Assembly: GCA_951406725.2 (NCBI GenBank)
Contig: OX597823.1
Coordinates: 70,556,001 to 70,620,000 of the forward strand
Source of the DNA: Octopus vulgaris
Lineage: Eukaryota
DNA length: 64,000 nt
Direction: 5' to 3'
Below are positions 24,761 to 40,286 of this stretch, in pieces. Position 1 is the first letter of the stretch; each line of letters opens with the position of its first letter. The notes beneath the pieces were generated by a model. It worked only from the letters and a program-made list of their open reading frames with translations, did not search any database and was not told the origin of the DNA. The translations under genes and the position numbers were made by a program.

Positions 24761-25649
24761 ACATATATGTGTGTATGTGTGGGTGGTTGGGAGTAGGTGT
24801 GTATTTATTGTTTTGATTCAATCCGTAATTCCCTGACCTACTTTCATGCTGTAGTCTTCACTTTTAGTCCTTCTATGTCCATCACTTGAGTAATATTCAC
24901 TCTATTACTAGCGTAACTAGACATACAGTATTGATAACTTTAAAAGTCTTTGGATTTTAAAAGATTGATTGTGGATTTTAAAATATTATAGATTCTTTTT
25001 GTTCTACGCCTGAACCTCTGTTATTATTAGTTGAAATCTTGGCACAGTAGACGATACCTTTCTGGTGGGATTTGCTAATATATTGAGAATGTAATTTTGT
25101 TTAGACGGTTGAACTGAGTCGATGAATCATTTGAAGAAGAGAGAAATAATTACTTTCCATTAATTTGAATCAAAGAAGAGACTAAATTGTCCATGGAGCT
25201 ACAACTTACTTTGAGACTGTATATGTTAAAAATTTTGTGGAACCTATGGTCTCCCGGGACGTGTTCAACTGCGTAAATTTAGGAAGGATATGACAATATT
25301 AGTTCTGAAATTCAAACTGAAAGGGAATTATATCATATAGTCTTTTTTTTTTTATTTCTGATGTTTCTAGCATTAGGGATCCTTGCGGAGGGATATATTC
25401 TATCCTTTCGTTAAAGCATCTTCTGCTCAGAACCTCATTCTGCTGCTCTGTTTTATTATGAGGTCCTAAGCAGAACTTCTAAGATATTATCTAAGTCTTC
25501 TCATTAGATTCTGTTGTGTCTGGGGAGAGTCATTCTCTTTTAGTGCCTTATTATTTAACACACTCACCGGTAAAATCATTAGATGATTTCTCAAAAATTC
25601 TTTTACTGATGTTCTTAGGTAAGTTTTTTTTTCAGAATGTTAAGTGAAT

Positions 25650-26300
25650 AGTTAATACTTTCTTTAGTACCTGAAGCTAGATTCGTAGTAATATCTAAAA
25701 AGTTTTTTTTTTACTTATTCCTCTATCTTAGATATCAGCCGTGTAGATTGGCATAAACGAAAAGTGACTAGGGGCAAGAAGCAGAATTATGATTTTGGCA
25801 GACCTACCGCAATGACAACGTTGGGGTTTAGAAGAGTTCGCACATTAAGAAAAAAGTTAGTAATAGTATCTACGGCAATCCTGATATTAAAACTTCGAAG
25901 AGCATTAATAAAATCTTTTTCAAGGCGGGCAAAATAGTGTCCATTTACATTACATGTCGATATTAAACCATTAGCTCTGTACAAAGATAATTCTATAAAG
26001 TTTAATCTAGATAGCAGACACTCAAAAATAAATAGTCCTATAATGTTGCAGATTTCGGTGTCATCATAAGAGCACATCACAACGTAGAAAACGTCGGATT
26101 CATTACGCTTCACGGATTATCAAAAGCTAGAAGAGGCATTCTGAAATGTATAGTCACATTCATGTTTAGGTCTGTAATAGTAGCATATCTGCTGGTAAAA
26201 TGTAATGCTTTCCTTAAGAGACCCCAGTGAGGGAAGGTAAAAACTCATTGATATCAAAATATGTGAATGTATAGTCGCGTTTGTTGCATAAATTCTCAAA
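25650..26300 (-). mobile_element. Penelope-like reverse transcriptase remnant
   Basis: FDINEF (cf. FDIxxFYPS), SYDDTEICNIIGLFI (cf. GSYDGAEICELVGL), LYRANGL (cf. LYRDDGL). Confidence 0.55.
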
Positions 26301-26527
26301 CCAGTCTAATCACCGAGGGAATATTCTTCCAGAGGAAGGTCAAAGGTTTATGCAGTGTTATAGTTAATTGTGTCACACACAACGTAATAACTCTACCCAA
26401 TTACCCAATTCATTTCTTATACTTAGGTTATGTATGTATACATATGTGAGCATGCATATATATTTATATATGCACACACTAACGCGCACATATATAAATA
26501 CACATGTATTTACGCATACATACAAAC

Positions 26528-26589
<62 letters not shown>

Positions 26590-26741
26590 ATATACATATA
26601 CATATATATGTATATATATATATACACACACACACATAGATCTATACTTATTTATCAAAGCTGCAAAACATAACAAAACTGTTATATATATATATATATA
26701 TATACACATAATGTGTTTATATATGTATACATATGTGTATC

Positions 26742-26827
<86 letters not shown>

Positions 26828-26836
26828 ATCTATCTC

Positions 26837-26900
<64 letters not shown>

Positions 26901-27342
26901 CCTATTTATCTATCTATTTGTGTGCATGTGTAAGTACATTCATGTGAATGGCCTAAAACTATTGTTTCCCTCCCTCATCTATTCTCTTTTTCCTTTTCCT
27001 CTTTTCTTTTTATCCTTTTCGTCTATATAGGTATATTCGCGTGCGTGTAACTTCAGCCACAGCTAAAAAAAAATATGCATTATACGCGTGTGTGTATGCT
27101 TACTACTTTTGTTTTAATTTTACGATTTATATTTATATTTTTATCTATTCATATATTAAACTAGTTAATGGCCTAGCAATTTGCAAAAGTATACATTATT
27201 CATGTGACCTCAAACCATCTGCAGAACCCACTAATTTCTGTCCGTTTTATAAATGCCATGCGCGAAACTCACACACGCACACATATATTTGTGCATATAT
27301 ACATACATATATATACATACATACATACATACATACATATAC

Positions 27343-27385
<43 letters not shown>

Positions 27386-27427
27386 CATACATACATACAT
27401 ACACCTATATATATATATATATATATA

Positions 27428-27825
27428 CTAGCTTAAGGTGACCCGCTCTACGCGCGGGTGAGGTTATGGTTGTTACTTTCTGTTGCTTCCTTTCTGTTTC
27501 TTATCGCCACATTCTCCCTCTTTGTTTCTCTATCCTTTCTCATTTTCCTACGGTCTTACTCTTCCTTTCTCTCGGACATTCCCTCGCTTTCTCTTACTAT
27601 TTATCTTTCTCTATCTACCTCTCTGCGATTTATAAAAAAAATTAGATTTCCGCGTTTAAATTACAAATCTGCTTCCACTTTACCATGTTGAAAATTTGAT
27701 TGAAATCGGGCAAAAGGTGTACGATCTAGACCACCAAGTGTCCCCCAAAATCAATAAAATCCCAGTTTTCACACCAAAGCAACCACTGTAGCGCCACAAA
27801 ACGCTCTCCCAATCAATTTCCCCCC
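27428..27825 (-). mobile_element. Non-autonomous Helitron 3' portion
   Basis: Minus strand ends acccgc-gcgtaga-gcgggt hairpin, 8 nt, CTAG|T at 27428. Confidence 0.6.
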
Positions 27826-27829
27826 TCAA

Positions 27830-28805
27830 GTTATGGCAAACACTCAGCTTACTCAAGAAATGAAGAGACATGCTGTTATTGTGGTTATAAAGGCTGAGCA
27901 TAGCAATTTAGAAATATCTCGATTTTTAAAAGTTACCAGATCTTTCGTATACAAAGTTTGTAAGGAGCTAGAGACTAAAGATGGAAACGTATCACCAATA
28001 TCAAAGCATAAAAAGCATTCTAAACGCTCTGAAATAATCGGAACATTTATCTAGCAAGTTCAACAGACCATTGATTACAATCCCAGAAAATCTATGAGGT
28101 CAATTGTAAAAGATCTCCATGTGTCAGAAGGAACAGTCAGAAATGTTGTCCACGGAGTCATCAGATATAATAAGTCTTATATGATGAGGAAAGGTCAAAA
28201 TCACTACACCAGATCTAAAAGGCTCTTAAACTAACTGAAAAATCCAGCAGAAGATTTGATTTGGTTTTTCTCAAACGAGAAAAAGCTTCGACCAAGATCA
28301 AAAAGTTAACAGAAGAAATGACAGATGATTATGTGCAGACCCTTCTGAAGTTCCAAGTGTTATGCATACAAAATTTTCTGCAACTGTCATGGTTTTATCG
28401 TTCGTCAGTAATAAAGGACAGGTGATGCTGCCTTACTTCTTTCCATAAGGCCTTAGAGTTAACTCTGCCGCCTACATTGAGGTCCTGGAAATAATTGTTA
28501 AGCCCTGAATAGACAGTGTACGCAATGAAGGCCATATGTGTTTCACTAAGACTCTGCACTATAACACATGGCCCTGGTAACAAAGGAATGGATAACTGAA
28601 AATGTTCATGATCGCATAACCCCCTAACATTTGACATCCTAATTCCCCAGATCTCAATCCATTGCTCTATTACACGTGGAGTGTTGTTGAGAGAGAGGCC
28701 AATGAACACCAAAGATTCTTTGAAAGCTGCCAGAGTAATGTTCAAAATGAACCAGGACCACTTGATTCGAGCATGTAGATGATTTAGATCTCGTACAGAA
28801 GTATT
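27830..28805 (+). mobile_element. Tc1/mariner DD37D (maT-like) transposase pseudogene
   Basis: MKRHAVIV..HTH region. DSAL...PNSPDLNPL with 37 residues between the 2nd and 3rd catalytic positions. Homologous to 54815-55774. Confidence 0.8.
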
Positions 28806-28859
28806 AATTGGAGCAATATAGTACTCTATCTGATCCCATTAACTGGAACTTGCCTGGAC

Positions 28860-29298
28860 AGTCTGTTATGCTAAGCATTGAAGGAAACTTTAAAGATGTG
28901 GAGTTTTATTTCCATCATGATTAGATAGCCCAACACAACAACTATGGTAATGCAAGGCATATCTTCATAAGATTTTGCAGACAGAAGAAGACGAAGAAGT
29001 CCTGTTGAGTAGCATCCATGTTCGCTGGACCTCGCACCACTAAACTTTTTTTTAACAGAGATACTTTAAAGATAACCTTTACGGAACAAAACCCGCAAAA
29101 GTTGACGAATTGAGGGCATTCATTGAAGATAATGCACACAAATACCAAACAAAATGCTTCTTGAAGCTTGCGGTTCTATTGCTTTGTGTAATCAGCAGCG
29201 CAAGGATCAGAACGGTTATCAATTTGAAAATAGGTGTTCACAAATGAATGAAAATCTGCCGGAAGCTTCCATCAAATTTTGAAAATGAAGCAGCCCTG
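28860..29298 (+). mobile_element. Tc1/mariner 3' fragment (rosa/DD41D-like)
   Basis: CSLDLAPLNFF...YFKDNLYGTKP.KVDELR...NGYQFE; ends cagccctg|TA. Confidence 0.55.
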
Positions 29299-30359
29299 TA
29301 TATGTGCATATATACATAGATTAGCGTATGTATATATATGCACCCATATACATATGTATGCATATACATGTGTACATGCATATGTATTCACGCTTCACAC
29401 ACATATATCATAAAATCAGGATATATGAGAGGTGGATACAGATTTATATATTTTTTCTATGACTTCCATATTATTACAGCCGTTTCATAATCATCTCCAT
29501 ATATTATTAGTTCCAATGTTCTAAATAATATACGTACATTTTACATGAATAAGCATATTCAGTATTATATAATACAATTGTATAGTAGATATTATATATG
29601 TATAATATATATATATAAAAGATCTCATCTGATCATAATATACCAGAACATCATCGATACATCCAGTATTCAACTCTGTTAACACAAAGAAGATCCCCTC
29701 TTTTTACACACAGTATATGGATGGCCAAAATTAGAAGTAGCTACACTAAATAGAGATGTAAAGGGAACCCATATTAAAAAAAACAGTGAATAGACTTGTA
29801 AAATGTTAGTTTTTGAACAATCCAGAAACATTCAAACGAAATTACTGATATTTTAATGTGCAAAACAAATGAAACAAAATATACCGTGGATGGTCAGTTG
29901 TTGTGAATCATTAAAATAAAAATAAAGTTCGTTATATCATAAACCCCTATTGGAAACTATTCTTCTTAAGGTTTAAGGGATTAGTATTAAATTACAGATG
30001 GATACTGTCGAATAACAACGTTAGACAGAAAAATTATTAATTAACAGTTTTGGATGATCATTTGACAACAGATATACAAATCAATTTAAAGAATTCATGC
30101 ATGAATGTTCTATAAAATTGAGCTAAGTTCATAAGTTCAACCCATTATCCACACTGCCCTCCTTCTCACACCACTCACTTTTACACACCTGATAGAATTT
30201 ACACTAATTTAATCACACACAATCATACAAACTCACATATATCTAGTGTAGAGAACAATCAAATATACATATCTATTCACACAATATAGCCATCATCCCC
30301 TACATACATATATACACACACCATAGCAACACATACACATATACAATGCCTACTGTATA

Positions 30360-31213
30360 CAGGATGTTCGGGCTGAAAACACAATATTCCATTTAAAAAT
30401 AAAAGTATTTTAAGAATAAAAGCATTAACAAGATTATGGCTGGTAGATAAAACAGTTCACTCAAAGAAGCCACCTTCAGTTTCCACAACGTTCTCAGGGC
30501 GGCTCTGGGACTTGGCGCACGAGTTCTTCACTGTAACCCTGGCAAATCCTCGAATACTTCTTTGATCTTGGCGACAAGCTCGCTTGGTGTTGCAGCCAGA
30601 GCGGTTGGTGTCTTCCCTAACCGCATCCCACACATAGTAATCTACAGAATTACAATAGGTGAGGCGGAGGAAGAGTGTAGGAAGCCATTGAAATCGTAGA
30701 AGTTCTCCGACAATCACTTCTGGCTCTCTCCAGAGGTAAAGCAAGGAGCTGAACTTTGTTGCCATATATATGGTTTTCCGACAGCAATCTTCTTCAGCCT
30801 GTGTTTGACCACGGTTTTCAGCAATTTCCCAAAGCTATCTGTATTGAGCCTAAAAGCCAATTCAAAAATGTGGGGGATAAAATTTCAGAGTGCGGACGCA
30901 GTTAGAACGCCTACTGTATTCCTTCCTACTCATCAAAACTTCGTAGAATCGGTCGCAGCTGCCCAGATCACGTTTTACAGCTTTTACAATGTTCATAGAA
31001 CATTGAGTAGTAGTCATGCTGTCGGCATATTGATATCCGCCGCAAATCATCATGACTCAAATCGCTCCCAGTCCACCGTGCCAAATAACATTTTCTCAAC
31101 TACATCTTGAATTTTTATGCTAATACCGTTGATTGTTCACCAATAACTCAAGCTGTACCTGAAAAAAAAAGGAGAAATAAAAAGAAGTTGTAAAATTTAG
31201 CCCGAACACCCTG
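30360..31213 (-). mobile_element. Tc1/mariner (maT-like) element with TIRs, deleted
   Basis: TIRs caggatgttcgggctgaaa / tttagcccgaacaccctg. Peptides DYYVWDAV and ENVVETEGGFFE. Confidence 0.75.
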
Positions 31214-31346
31214 CACATAAGAAGAAAAATTTAATGATATACTTTCCGCTACATACATACAAGTATGCACGCATTCATACATACTTATATACATGTATAC
31301 ATATATAAACATATACATATATAAACATATACATATATACATATAT

Positions 31347-31650
31347 TGGGTCATCTCATAAATAATGTGTATTTTTTATACTTCTTTGATTTTTCAAAAT
31401 TAAGATAAACAAATTTCTTTCTTTATCTAAAATATACTCTCCTTGATTTTCTACAATACTCTTCCATCTATCTGGTAAACTTGCAAGGACCCTCTTCCAA
31501 AATTCACTTGTCCTTGACGAAAATACTCCTCGAGTACTGTTCTGACGTCGTCTACAGAATTCATATTTTTCCATCCAAGTGACTTTGAAGACTGTGGAAT
31601 AAATTATAATCAGATGGGGCAGTGTCCAGCGAATATAGTGGGTTTGGCAT
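31347..31650 (-). mobile_element. Mariner 3' fragment
   Basis: EFWKRVLASLPDRWKSIVENQGEYILD matches the mariner C-terminus. Confidence 0.7.
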
Positions 31651-31779
31651 CGTTTCCTATTCACAAATACTTCGCCCATACAAATAGGTTCAACAAAATA
31701 TTTAATAGACATACTCTGAGAAATATCCTTTAGCTATGCGCCTAGCGTAAAAAGGATTTTAGTAGGTAGGCCCACACCC

Positions 31780-32160
31780 GAGGCAGAGGCAGGACACTCA
31801 TGCAGGGGTAACGCAACATGTCCGCTGAACGGCCACTGTAACATGGGGACAGTTGTATACGAAGCAGAGGTAGCAGCCATCCCAATGCGAAACCGAGCGT
31901 GTGGAAGTATGTGGGGGCAACGGAAGGCCCTTTTGGAACCCGCTTTAACAACCACAAGTCCTCCTTCAACATTCAGGAGAGCTGCAACGTACTTCAATAG
32001 CAGCAGCAGAAGCAGCAGGAAGTTCAAGTTGCGCTTGGCTGAGAAGAGAGCGGTTTTAAAGAGTACCCAACGCGCGGATATTTACCTGAATAGCAGGAAT
32101 GAAGTCTTTAATCCTTGTCCACATGAAAGAAAGTACAGCCTATCGTACTTGTGTGCTCCG
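31780..32160 (+). mobile_element. Penelope-like GIY-YIG fragment with internal deletion
   Basis: CPLNGHC..VVYEAEV, LRLAEK, LNSRNEVFNPCPHERKY (cf. CPLxGxC..VVYKA, LCLxEK, LNKRxE..CRH). Confidence 0.6.
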
Positions 32161-32884
32161 TTATACTACAACTACAAGTCCCCGACCTCGGCTTTCCACC
32201 GATATCCTCGAGCACAGCAAAGAGTTTGACCAGAGTATGCATCAACGCACGCATGTACACACACGCACGTCCCAAGAAAGAGGACATCCACCAAATATAC
32301 TGTGTCCCACCCCCATAACATATACCCCTTCGCGCACATTGTAACTCCACACATATATAGACCCACACACACACACATTACACACCGCCTGCTAACATAA
32401 TCCCCACACGACCTTAACCAATATAGAAAGGAACAGACTAACGAACACAATTAAACATACTTACATCACTGGCAAAAATTTATACATATGACACCACTAC
32501 ACATGTCACACACCTCATCCTCACAGGAGTACCACGTTTAATAACGTACACATTTTCCACATTTCCCACAAACTCTTCAAGATAATTCTTACTGGCTTTA
32601 CAGCGAACCCAACCAAGAGACAAAACTCCTAACCTAATCTCCTACACTTTTTCGTTTCACCACCTTTTACACAGCAACCGCAAATGGGATGTGTCAATTA
32701 ACCACCGACAATAGAGAGCAGTCGCCATATTCCCTTCCCTATTGGCTAACTCTGATGCGCGTAAAGTTATATAATCGGATTGTTACCTGACATTCCAGTG
32801 TATTCCTTGCGTGAAACCGATTGGTATGACCAACCGTAGTGGATATATACTACCGTACTTGTCAGATAACACACACAGATACAG

Positions 32885-32964
<80 letters not shown>

Positions 32965-33039
32965 ACAAACATACACACACACACCCCCATCATTATATCT
33001 TAGGAAAATGCAAAAACGAAGTGTGTGTGTATATATCTA

Positions 33040-33114
<75 letters not shown>

Positions 33115-33115
33115 A

Positions 33116-33146
<31 letters not shown>

Positions 33147-33197
33147 AGTCGCTAAATCAACAAGTTTTTTCTCTCCCTGATTATTTTCTCTAATTCC

Positions 33198-33231
33198 TTT
33201 CTGTTGAAGAGCGTAGGCTCGAAACGTAAAA
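33198..33231 (+). ncRNA. Hammerhead-ribozyme-like motif (A6U variant) in a short element (33147-33322)
   Basis: ttt CTGTTGA a gagc-gtag-gctc GAAA CG TA aaa. Element is flanked by (ATCT)n and (TA)n. Confidence 0.45.
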
Positions 33232-33688
33232 AAAGTTACTCACATTCCAGAGCGTCAAACTAATACACCTGCTTGTTGTCCATACACCTGTCTTCGTCGT
33301 TTGTTTTTCTATAAATTTCAACTATATATATATATATATATACATATACACATACATATAAATGTAAATATTTGCACACATGCATACAAACAAACAATTC
33401 TATATACATATGATGATATCACTCATTCATTCGCACATGCAAATACGTACTTATAAAAAAATAAGAACTTAACCCGCACATATATATAAAAACATGCACA
33501 AACCGTACGCATATACTTACATGTACACACAAGAAATTATCACATTAAATTGCAGAGCATATTTGATGTAAGCGCTAAAACTTATATAAGAATCAACGCA
33601 GTATAAATAACAAATCATTTCCTACCACATTCCTCAGAATTGTGATACGTAAATACATTTCCGTACATGTACATCATGTATTTATATA

Positions 33689-34068
33689 ATTGGATGGATG
33701 GAAGCACTCCGTCGGTTACGACGACGAGGGTTCCGGTTGATCCGAATCAACGGAACAGCCTGCTCGTGAAATTAACGTGTAAGTGGCTGAGCACTCCACA
33801 GACACGTGTACCCTTAACGTAGTTCTCGGGGATATTCAGCGTGACACAGAGAGTGACAAGGCCGGCCCTTTGAAATACAGGTCCAACAGAAACAGGAAGT
33901 AAGAGTGAGAGAAAGTTGTGGTGAAAGAGTACAGCAGGGATCACCACCATCCCCTGCCGGAGCCTCGTGGAGCTTTAAGTGTTTTCGCTCAATAAACACT
34001 CACAACGCCCGGTCTGGGAATCGAAACCGCGAGTCCGCTGCCCTAACCACTGGGCCATTGCGCTTCCA
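33689..34068 (-). mobile_element. tRNA-Arg-like SINE (tail variant B)
   Basis: Near-identical to 13031-13415. (TCCA)n tail, 10-bp TSD tatttatata, short deletion in the head. Confidence 0.92.
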
Positions 34069-34079
34069 TATTTATATAC

Positions 34080-34142
<63 letters not shown>

Positions 34143-35211
34143 GATACATGCGTATATACATATTCGTATACATATGTGTGTGCGCCTATATTTATACAGA
34201 CACATACGCACATAAATATACATAACTATATACCTATATGTAATTTGTTATTATTTTACTATATTATTGTATCAATATTTTAGGACTATGATTTGACTTG
34301 ACATTTCATTGGACGCTAATCAGCACTTTTAATTGTACGTCTACTGCCTTTCTATTATTCATAATCCTCATCCTACATTTTTACCCCCTCCTCTCCTTCT
34401 CTCTTTTATTTTATCTTCTTTCCTCTATCGTACCACCCCTTCTTTCTTTGATGTCATCTTTGGCACACCCATTTCTCCTAATTAACGCCTCTTTTTCAAT
34501 ACCATTCTGTTTATTGTCACGCAAAATTTGAATACAGTCCATCTTTAATCTCGCCTAATCTAATTGGCTTTGACGGCATAATCGATTTTATCAAGTAGTA
34601 TACGTAGCTTTCTGTCTTTTTAATTCTTTTACAGTATGTTTCCTTTAGGCATGTCAAAATTGCCCCTTTCTCGCTACAGTATTAGAAGCTCCTCCAAAAG
34701 ATTGCAGTCCACGTTCAAACATATTATATTGCTCAAAGGTCGTGATATAATGATGGGATCGGGTTTCATTTAATATTGCATAGGCATTTTTAATATTTGT
34801 TCCTCCAAATTGAATAAGTTGTCTACACCATCTGTTATTGAAACGATCGTAACTGAATAAGAGATATGATACCAATATTTTCATTCTTTTATATATTATA
34901 AATCGTTATACAGATATAGACACACGCAGTCACAAATAAACTCACGCACACCCAAACACACATATATATGTTGCATATATATATATATACATATTATCTT
35001 TTATATTTTGCTTGCTTCAGTCATTAGACTGCGGTCACACTGACGCACTGCCTTAAAAGATTTTTAGTCGAATGTATCGACCAGACTACTTATTTTTTTA
35101 AAACACGGTATTTACTCTGTCGCTCTTTTGTGCAGAACCTCTACGTTACAGAGACATAAACACATCGGCACCGATGGTGAGCCAAATACAAACTCGAAGA
35201 CACACACACAT

Positions 35212-35800
<589 letters not shown>

Positions 35801-35889
35801 AATTATATATCTGATTGCTATGATGATAGGGTTATGGTTGTTCGGGGTCTGATGATGTAGCTGCTTTGTTTTTCCACCTCTGACGTTTG

Positions 35890-36355
35890 TCTTCAAGAGA
35901 GACACTGCGAGGGATCTCAACGGAGGAAACAACATCGCTGTCGGTATGGTGCCAAGCGACGCGGTCAATCAATGTCACAAACGTTAAAGGACTGCTTCAG
36001 ACATTCCTTGTAATGCTGTTGAGGTGGGCGGTTGTGAGCTCACCGTACATGATGATCTTAGGTAGGAGGTGGTCTTTCATCCTATCAACGTACCCTGCCC
36101 AACGCAGTATTGTCTTAAGGGAAATGACTTCCAGACAGGTGACCTTTGCTCACTCGAGGACCTCAGTGTTGGTAATGTAGTCACTCCAGTGAATGTTGAG
36201 GATGGTGCAGAGGCAGCGTTGGTTAAAATGTTTGAGGTGTCTGAGATGATAGCCGTAGAGGACCCATGACTCGGAGCTATATAGGAGCGTCGTGAGAACG
36301 ACGGCCTTGTGGATGCTGACTTTTGAGCTGATCTTAAGATGCTTGTTGTTCCACA
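35890..36355 (-). mobile_element. RTE-clade LINE 3' fragment
   Basis: KVSIHKAVVLTTLLYSSESW...FNQRCL..ILNIHWSDYITNTEVL (RTE post-RT region). Confidence 0.85.
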
Positions 36356-36383
36356 CATATATATGCACACATATATATGTATC

Positions 36384-36486
<103 letters not shown>

Positions 36487-36535
36487 CTATAGTCATATCT
36501 ATATGTATACACACACACACACACACACACACATA

Positions 36536-36680
36536 TACGACGGGCTTCTTCCAGTATCCGCCTACCAAATCCACTCTCAAGGCTTTGGCCGGTCCGAGGC
36601 TATAGTAGAAGACACTTGGCCAGTGGGACTGAACCCGGAATCATGTGGTTAGTAAGCAAACTACTTACCACACAGTCATG
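36536..36680 (-). mobile_element. SINE family B, 5' part
   Basis: Reverse complement of the family B head. Confidence 0.75.
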
Positions 36681-36719
36681 CACATGCATACTTGCATCTC
36701 TCTTTCTCTCTCTCTCTGT

Positions 36720-36767
<48 letters not shown>

Positions 36768-36772
36768 ATGTG

Positions 36773-36836
<64 letters not shown>

Positions 36837-38131
36837 ATTAAGAGATGGGGATAAAGTATCCAGGCGACTACCGCTCGAGCACTCAGTTATAATCCAGTTT
36901 GTCGCTAACCGCACCGAGTTATGAGGAGCACATAGAATTACTTAAGGCAAGCAATCCCAATGTATTTTTTATCCGGTGGACAAATCCCAGGTTCGCTTCG
37001 CAGGATTATAGATATTTCACTGAGCGTATATCCAAGCAAATTACAATCAATACGGATATTAGTACATTTGAATATCTTTTATTTCTACAAACACTTATAC
37101 AGCATATTTGATTTTAATGTCTGACGCACGCTTCTGTTGCATAGACATTTCCCAATTGCATTTGCATCCGGTTACTTACGAGTAGTTATTAGTCTATGTA
37201 ACTTTATTTAAGGTCCATTTACTGATGTGGCTTGAGGCAAGCTAAATGTATTTAGGTTTAGCCAGCATTATATTTGGTTGGTGATTATATTTCTTGAGTG
37301 CAAAAAATGTGAGCGGAAGATTTGGAAACTTGATACGGCTATAAAACCCATGAGGTTGACCCTATATCAAACTCAGGTTTCGAATTGAGAATACTAGACC
37401 TTTAATTAGGTGGATTAGGATTAGTGAGTTTTAGATATTGTATACCATTACTGGCCACTAATTCAGATATAATCTAAATATATGAGATATGTAGAATTTA
37501 CTTGTGAGGCCAATTCGAATTTTTCTTTGTATAAAGAAGTTTTAATTTACATGCATTTTTCTCCTCCTATATGTGTTTCAAGACTTTTCAAATATGTAGT
37601 TTTTCCATAGAAACTCAGGCACCTCCTATTCAAGTGGTGCTTACTTAATTAAAAATCTCTTCTATGGAAGTGTTTGAATGCTCTTGTGTAAAGGTGCGTA
37701 TACTTTTGTAAAGTACAAATTTATTATCCTTACTATTAGCTAGCCAAAACTTCGAAGTCACTGTCAACAACAGTCTTGTATAAGAATAATGTATATACTA
37801 TTCTTACACATATATACATTTATATATATTATTCTTTTATATATATATAGCTGTGAGAATAAGAAAAAAATTAACTTTAATATACCATTTACTGGAAAAA
37901 TTGTAGTCTAAATAATTTAAAAACTAAAATACATAAATACATAATATAATAAATATAAATTAAGCTAAATTTCTATAATTTAATCTATTTGCATTAATAT
38001 ATATATTTATTTCATAAACATCTAAGTTTCATCTTATTCTAATTATGTAATATACACTATATAATCTCGTGCTAATTTATACACATTTTACTACTACAAA
38101 TTATAACTACAACAATTAGTAACATAAAACA

Positions 38132-38174
<43 letters not shown>

Positions 38175-38187
38175 AATTAGCTAAACT

Positions 38188-38188
<1 letters not shown>

Positions 38189-38240
<52 letters not shown>

Positions 38241-38253
38241 TAATAATAATAAT

Positions 38254-38317
<64 letters not shown>

Positions 38318-38333
38318 TTAATAAAAAAAAAAA

Positions 38334-38410
<77 letters not shown>
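38189..38410. repeat. (AAT)n and (TA)n microsatellite
   Basis: Directly visible. Confidence 0.95.
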
Positions 38411-38412
<2 letters not shown>

Positions 38413-39671
38413 GTCGTTCCAGAGATTTGCCTCTCATGCATCTACTATATACTTCCTTTATTTCATATGCTATATTTAGCCTTCAATGACTACTTCATCT
38501 TTTCTGCTGATAGCTGAGGTTGACTCCCTCCAATTGACTTCTCGACACAGAGTTCTATCCTTTCTAATGTATTTATTTGGCATTGCAGCATGTATGAAAT
38601 ATTGTCTAAGCAAAAAACAAATTCTTCCTGCAGAAGGTATATAAGATTAGATAAAATTATATTCTGTAGAAAAGAGGAGTTTTCGGAGAGAAGGAATTTA
38701 TGCCGTTATTGGCATTGTTGGTATGTTAAGAATGTATTATCACTATTGGCATTATTTTAGGACTTTCGGAAATGGCTATAAAATACTGTCTGTTTGGATA
38801 TTGATTGAGAAAATATCTTTCCAATCTAACTGCTTTAATGTCTTAACAGTAAACTGCTCTGTATTTACTAAAATTATCAATCAATTGAAAAGTATTTAAG
38901 GATTACTGGCGTCTGCGGCTTGTTTATTGAGCTTAGTCAGGATTAATCTTTCCAGCATTGATTTCGGATATCACAGCTGGCAGCTAGCTGCAGTAAAAGG
39001 AAATTTCAAACGCATTCATAATCGTTCTAACGTTGGCTGCACCAGAAATTTTATTTTACATAAATCCTTTCGAGTATGTAGTTTGTAAAATGTAAATGAT
39101 AATAATTATAAGAGGTTTCAATGAAATTAACATAAACATATGTGCATGCATTCGCGCGTGTATAATGTGCTTGTGTGTGCTTCACGAACAATTCGTGATC
39201 TTCCTGATATCCTTACATGCTGTAATTCACAACTGTAATGTATATTAACTTCCTATTACATTTTAGAAACTACTTATGCAGTCAGTTTTGACAGTATTCT
39301 GAGAATTGTAGTGGAGGTCATGCCAAAGTTTATTGGTATTCTCAACGATTATGTTAAAATATAAGGAATAAAGCAACAACAGACTTTTAACAAGATGACC
39401 GTAGCTTAACAAGAAGGAAATATGGACAAGACATTTTTATAGAAAAGCTTATATCACTGAATATTTGTAAGGGAACTTACAGATACGTAATTATATGTGT
39501 ACCTGTGTGTGTGTGTGTGTACAGAAAGGGAGATAAATATAGTTACTGCGGATATGAAATAAGTGTGATAAACCCAAACAAGATGAAGAAAGACTAGATA
39601 TGGGTATATTAAAAAGAGAGCTAAATGCTGCCCAGCACTATTCCGGTTTTTATTATGTTGACTGCACGTAT

Positions 39672-39960
39672 ACTGAGTGGATTTGGTAGACGGAAACTGA
39701 AAGAAGCCCGTCGTATATATGTATATATATATATGTATGTGTGTGTATATGTTTGTCCCCACCCCCACCACATCGATTGACAACCGATGCTGGTGTGTTT
39801 GCGTCCCCGTAACTTTGTGGTTCGGCAAAAGAGACCGATAGAATGAGTACTAGGCTTACAAAGAATAAGTCCTGGGGTCGATTTGCTCGACTAAAGGCGG
39901 TGCTCCAGCATGGCCACAGTCAAATGACTGAAACAAGTAAAAGAGTAAAAGAGTAAGAGA
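39672..39960 (+). mobile_element. SINE family B, 5'-truncated
   Basis: Matches the body and tail of 23372-24221. Confidence 0.85.
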
Positions 39961-40286
39961 ACCGACATATTTCAATAAGCTCACATTTCGAAATTATGCA
40001 AATCATTCCAGTAGAAAGTCTTCGTAACTCTCTTTTCTACGTGTACAAGGTATATTCCAGAAGTTTTGAGACTGTTTCGGGAGACATTTATTTATTTCAA
40101 AGAAGTACAAAACTCTAATCTCCTTCAAAGTAACATCCTCTGACATCAATGCACTTGTAGCGCTCCAGCTACTTAATGAATGTCCCATGGAGGTCTTCCA
40201 AAGTGAAAATGCCCAAGACCCTTCTCACAGCCTCCTCCAGTTTCTGAATGTCTTCAAAACGACTGCCCTTATGGTTTTCATTCATC

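Noticed and set aside
25510-25577. ~65-bp segment also present inverted at ~62725-62792
   Set aside because: Real similarity, but only a short fragment of a dispersed repeat with no definable ends or function.
32775-32830. Degenerate hammerhead-like words downstream of the Penelope fragment (also ~16965-17010)
   Set aside because: Too many core mismatches to call from a single copy.
36850-37700. Possible very old Penelope GIY-YIG remnant on the minus strand
   Set aside because: Only scattered 3-5 aa resemblances; not supportable without alignment.
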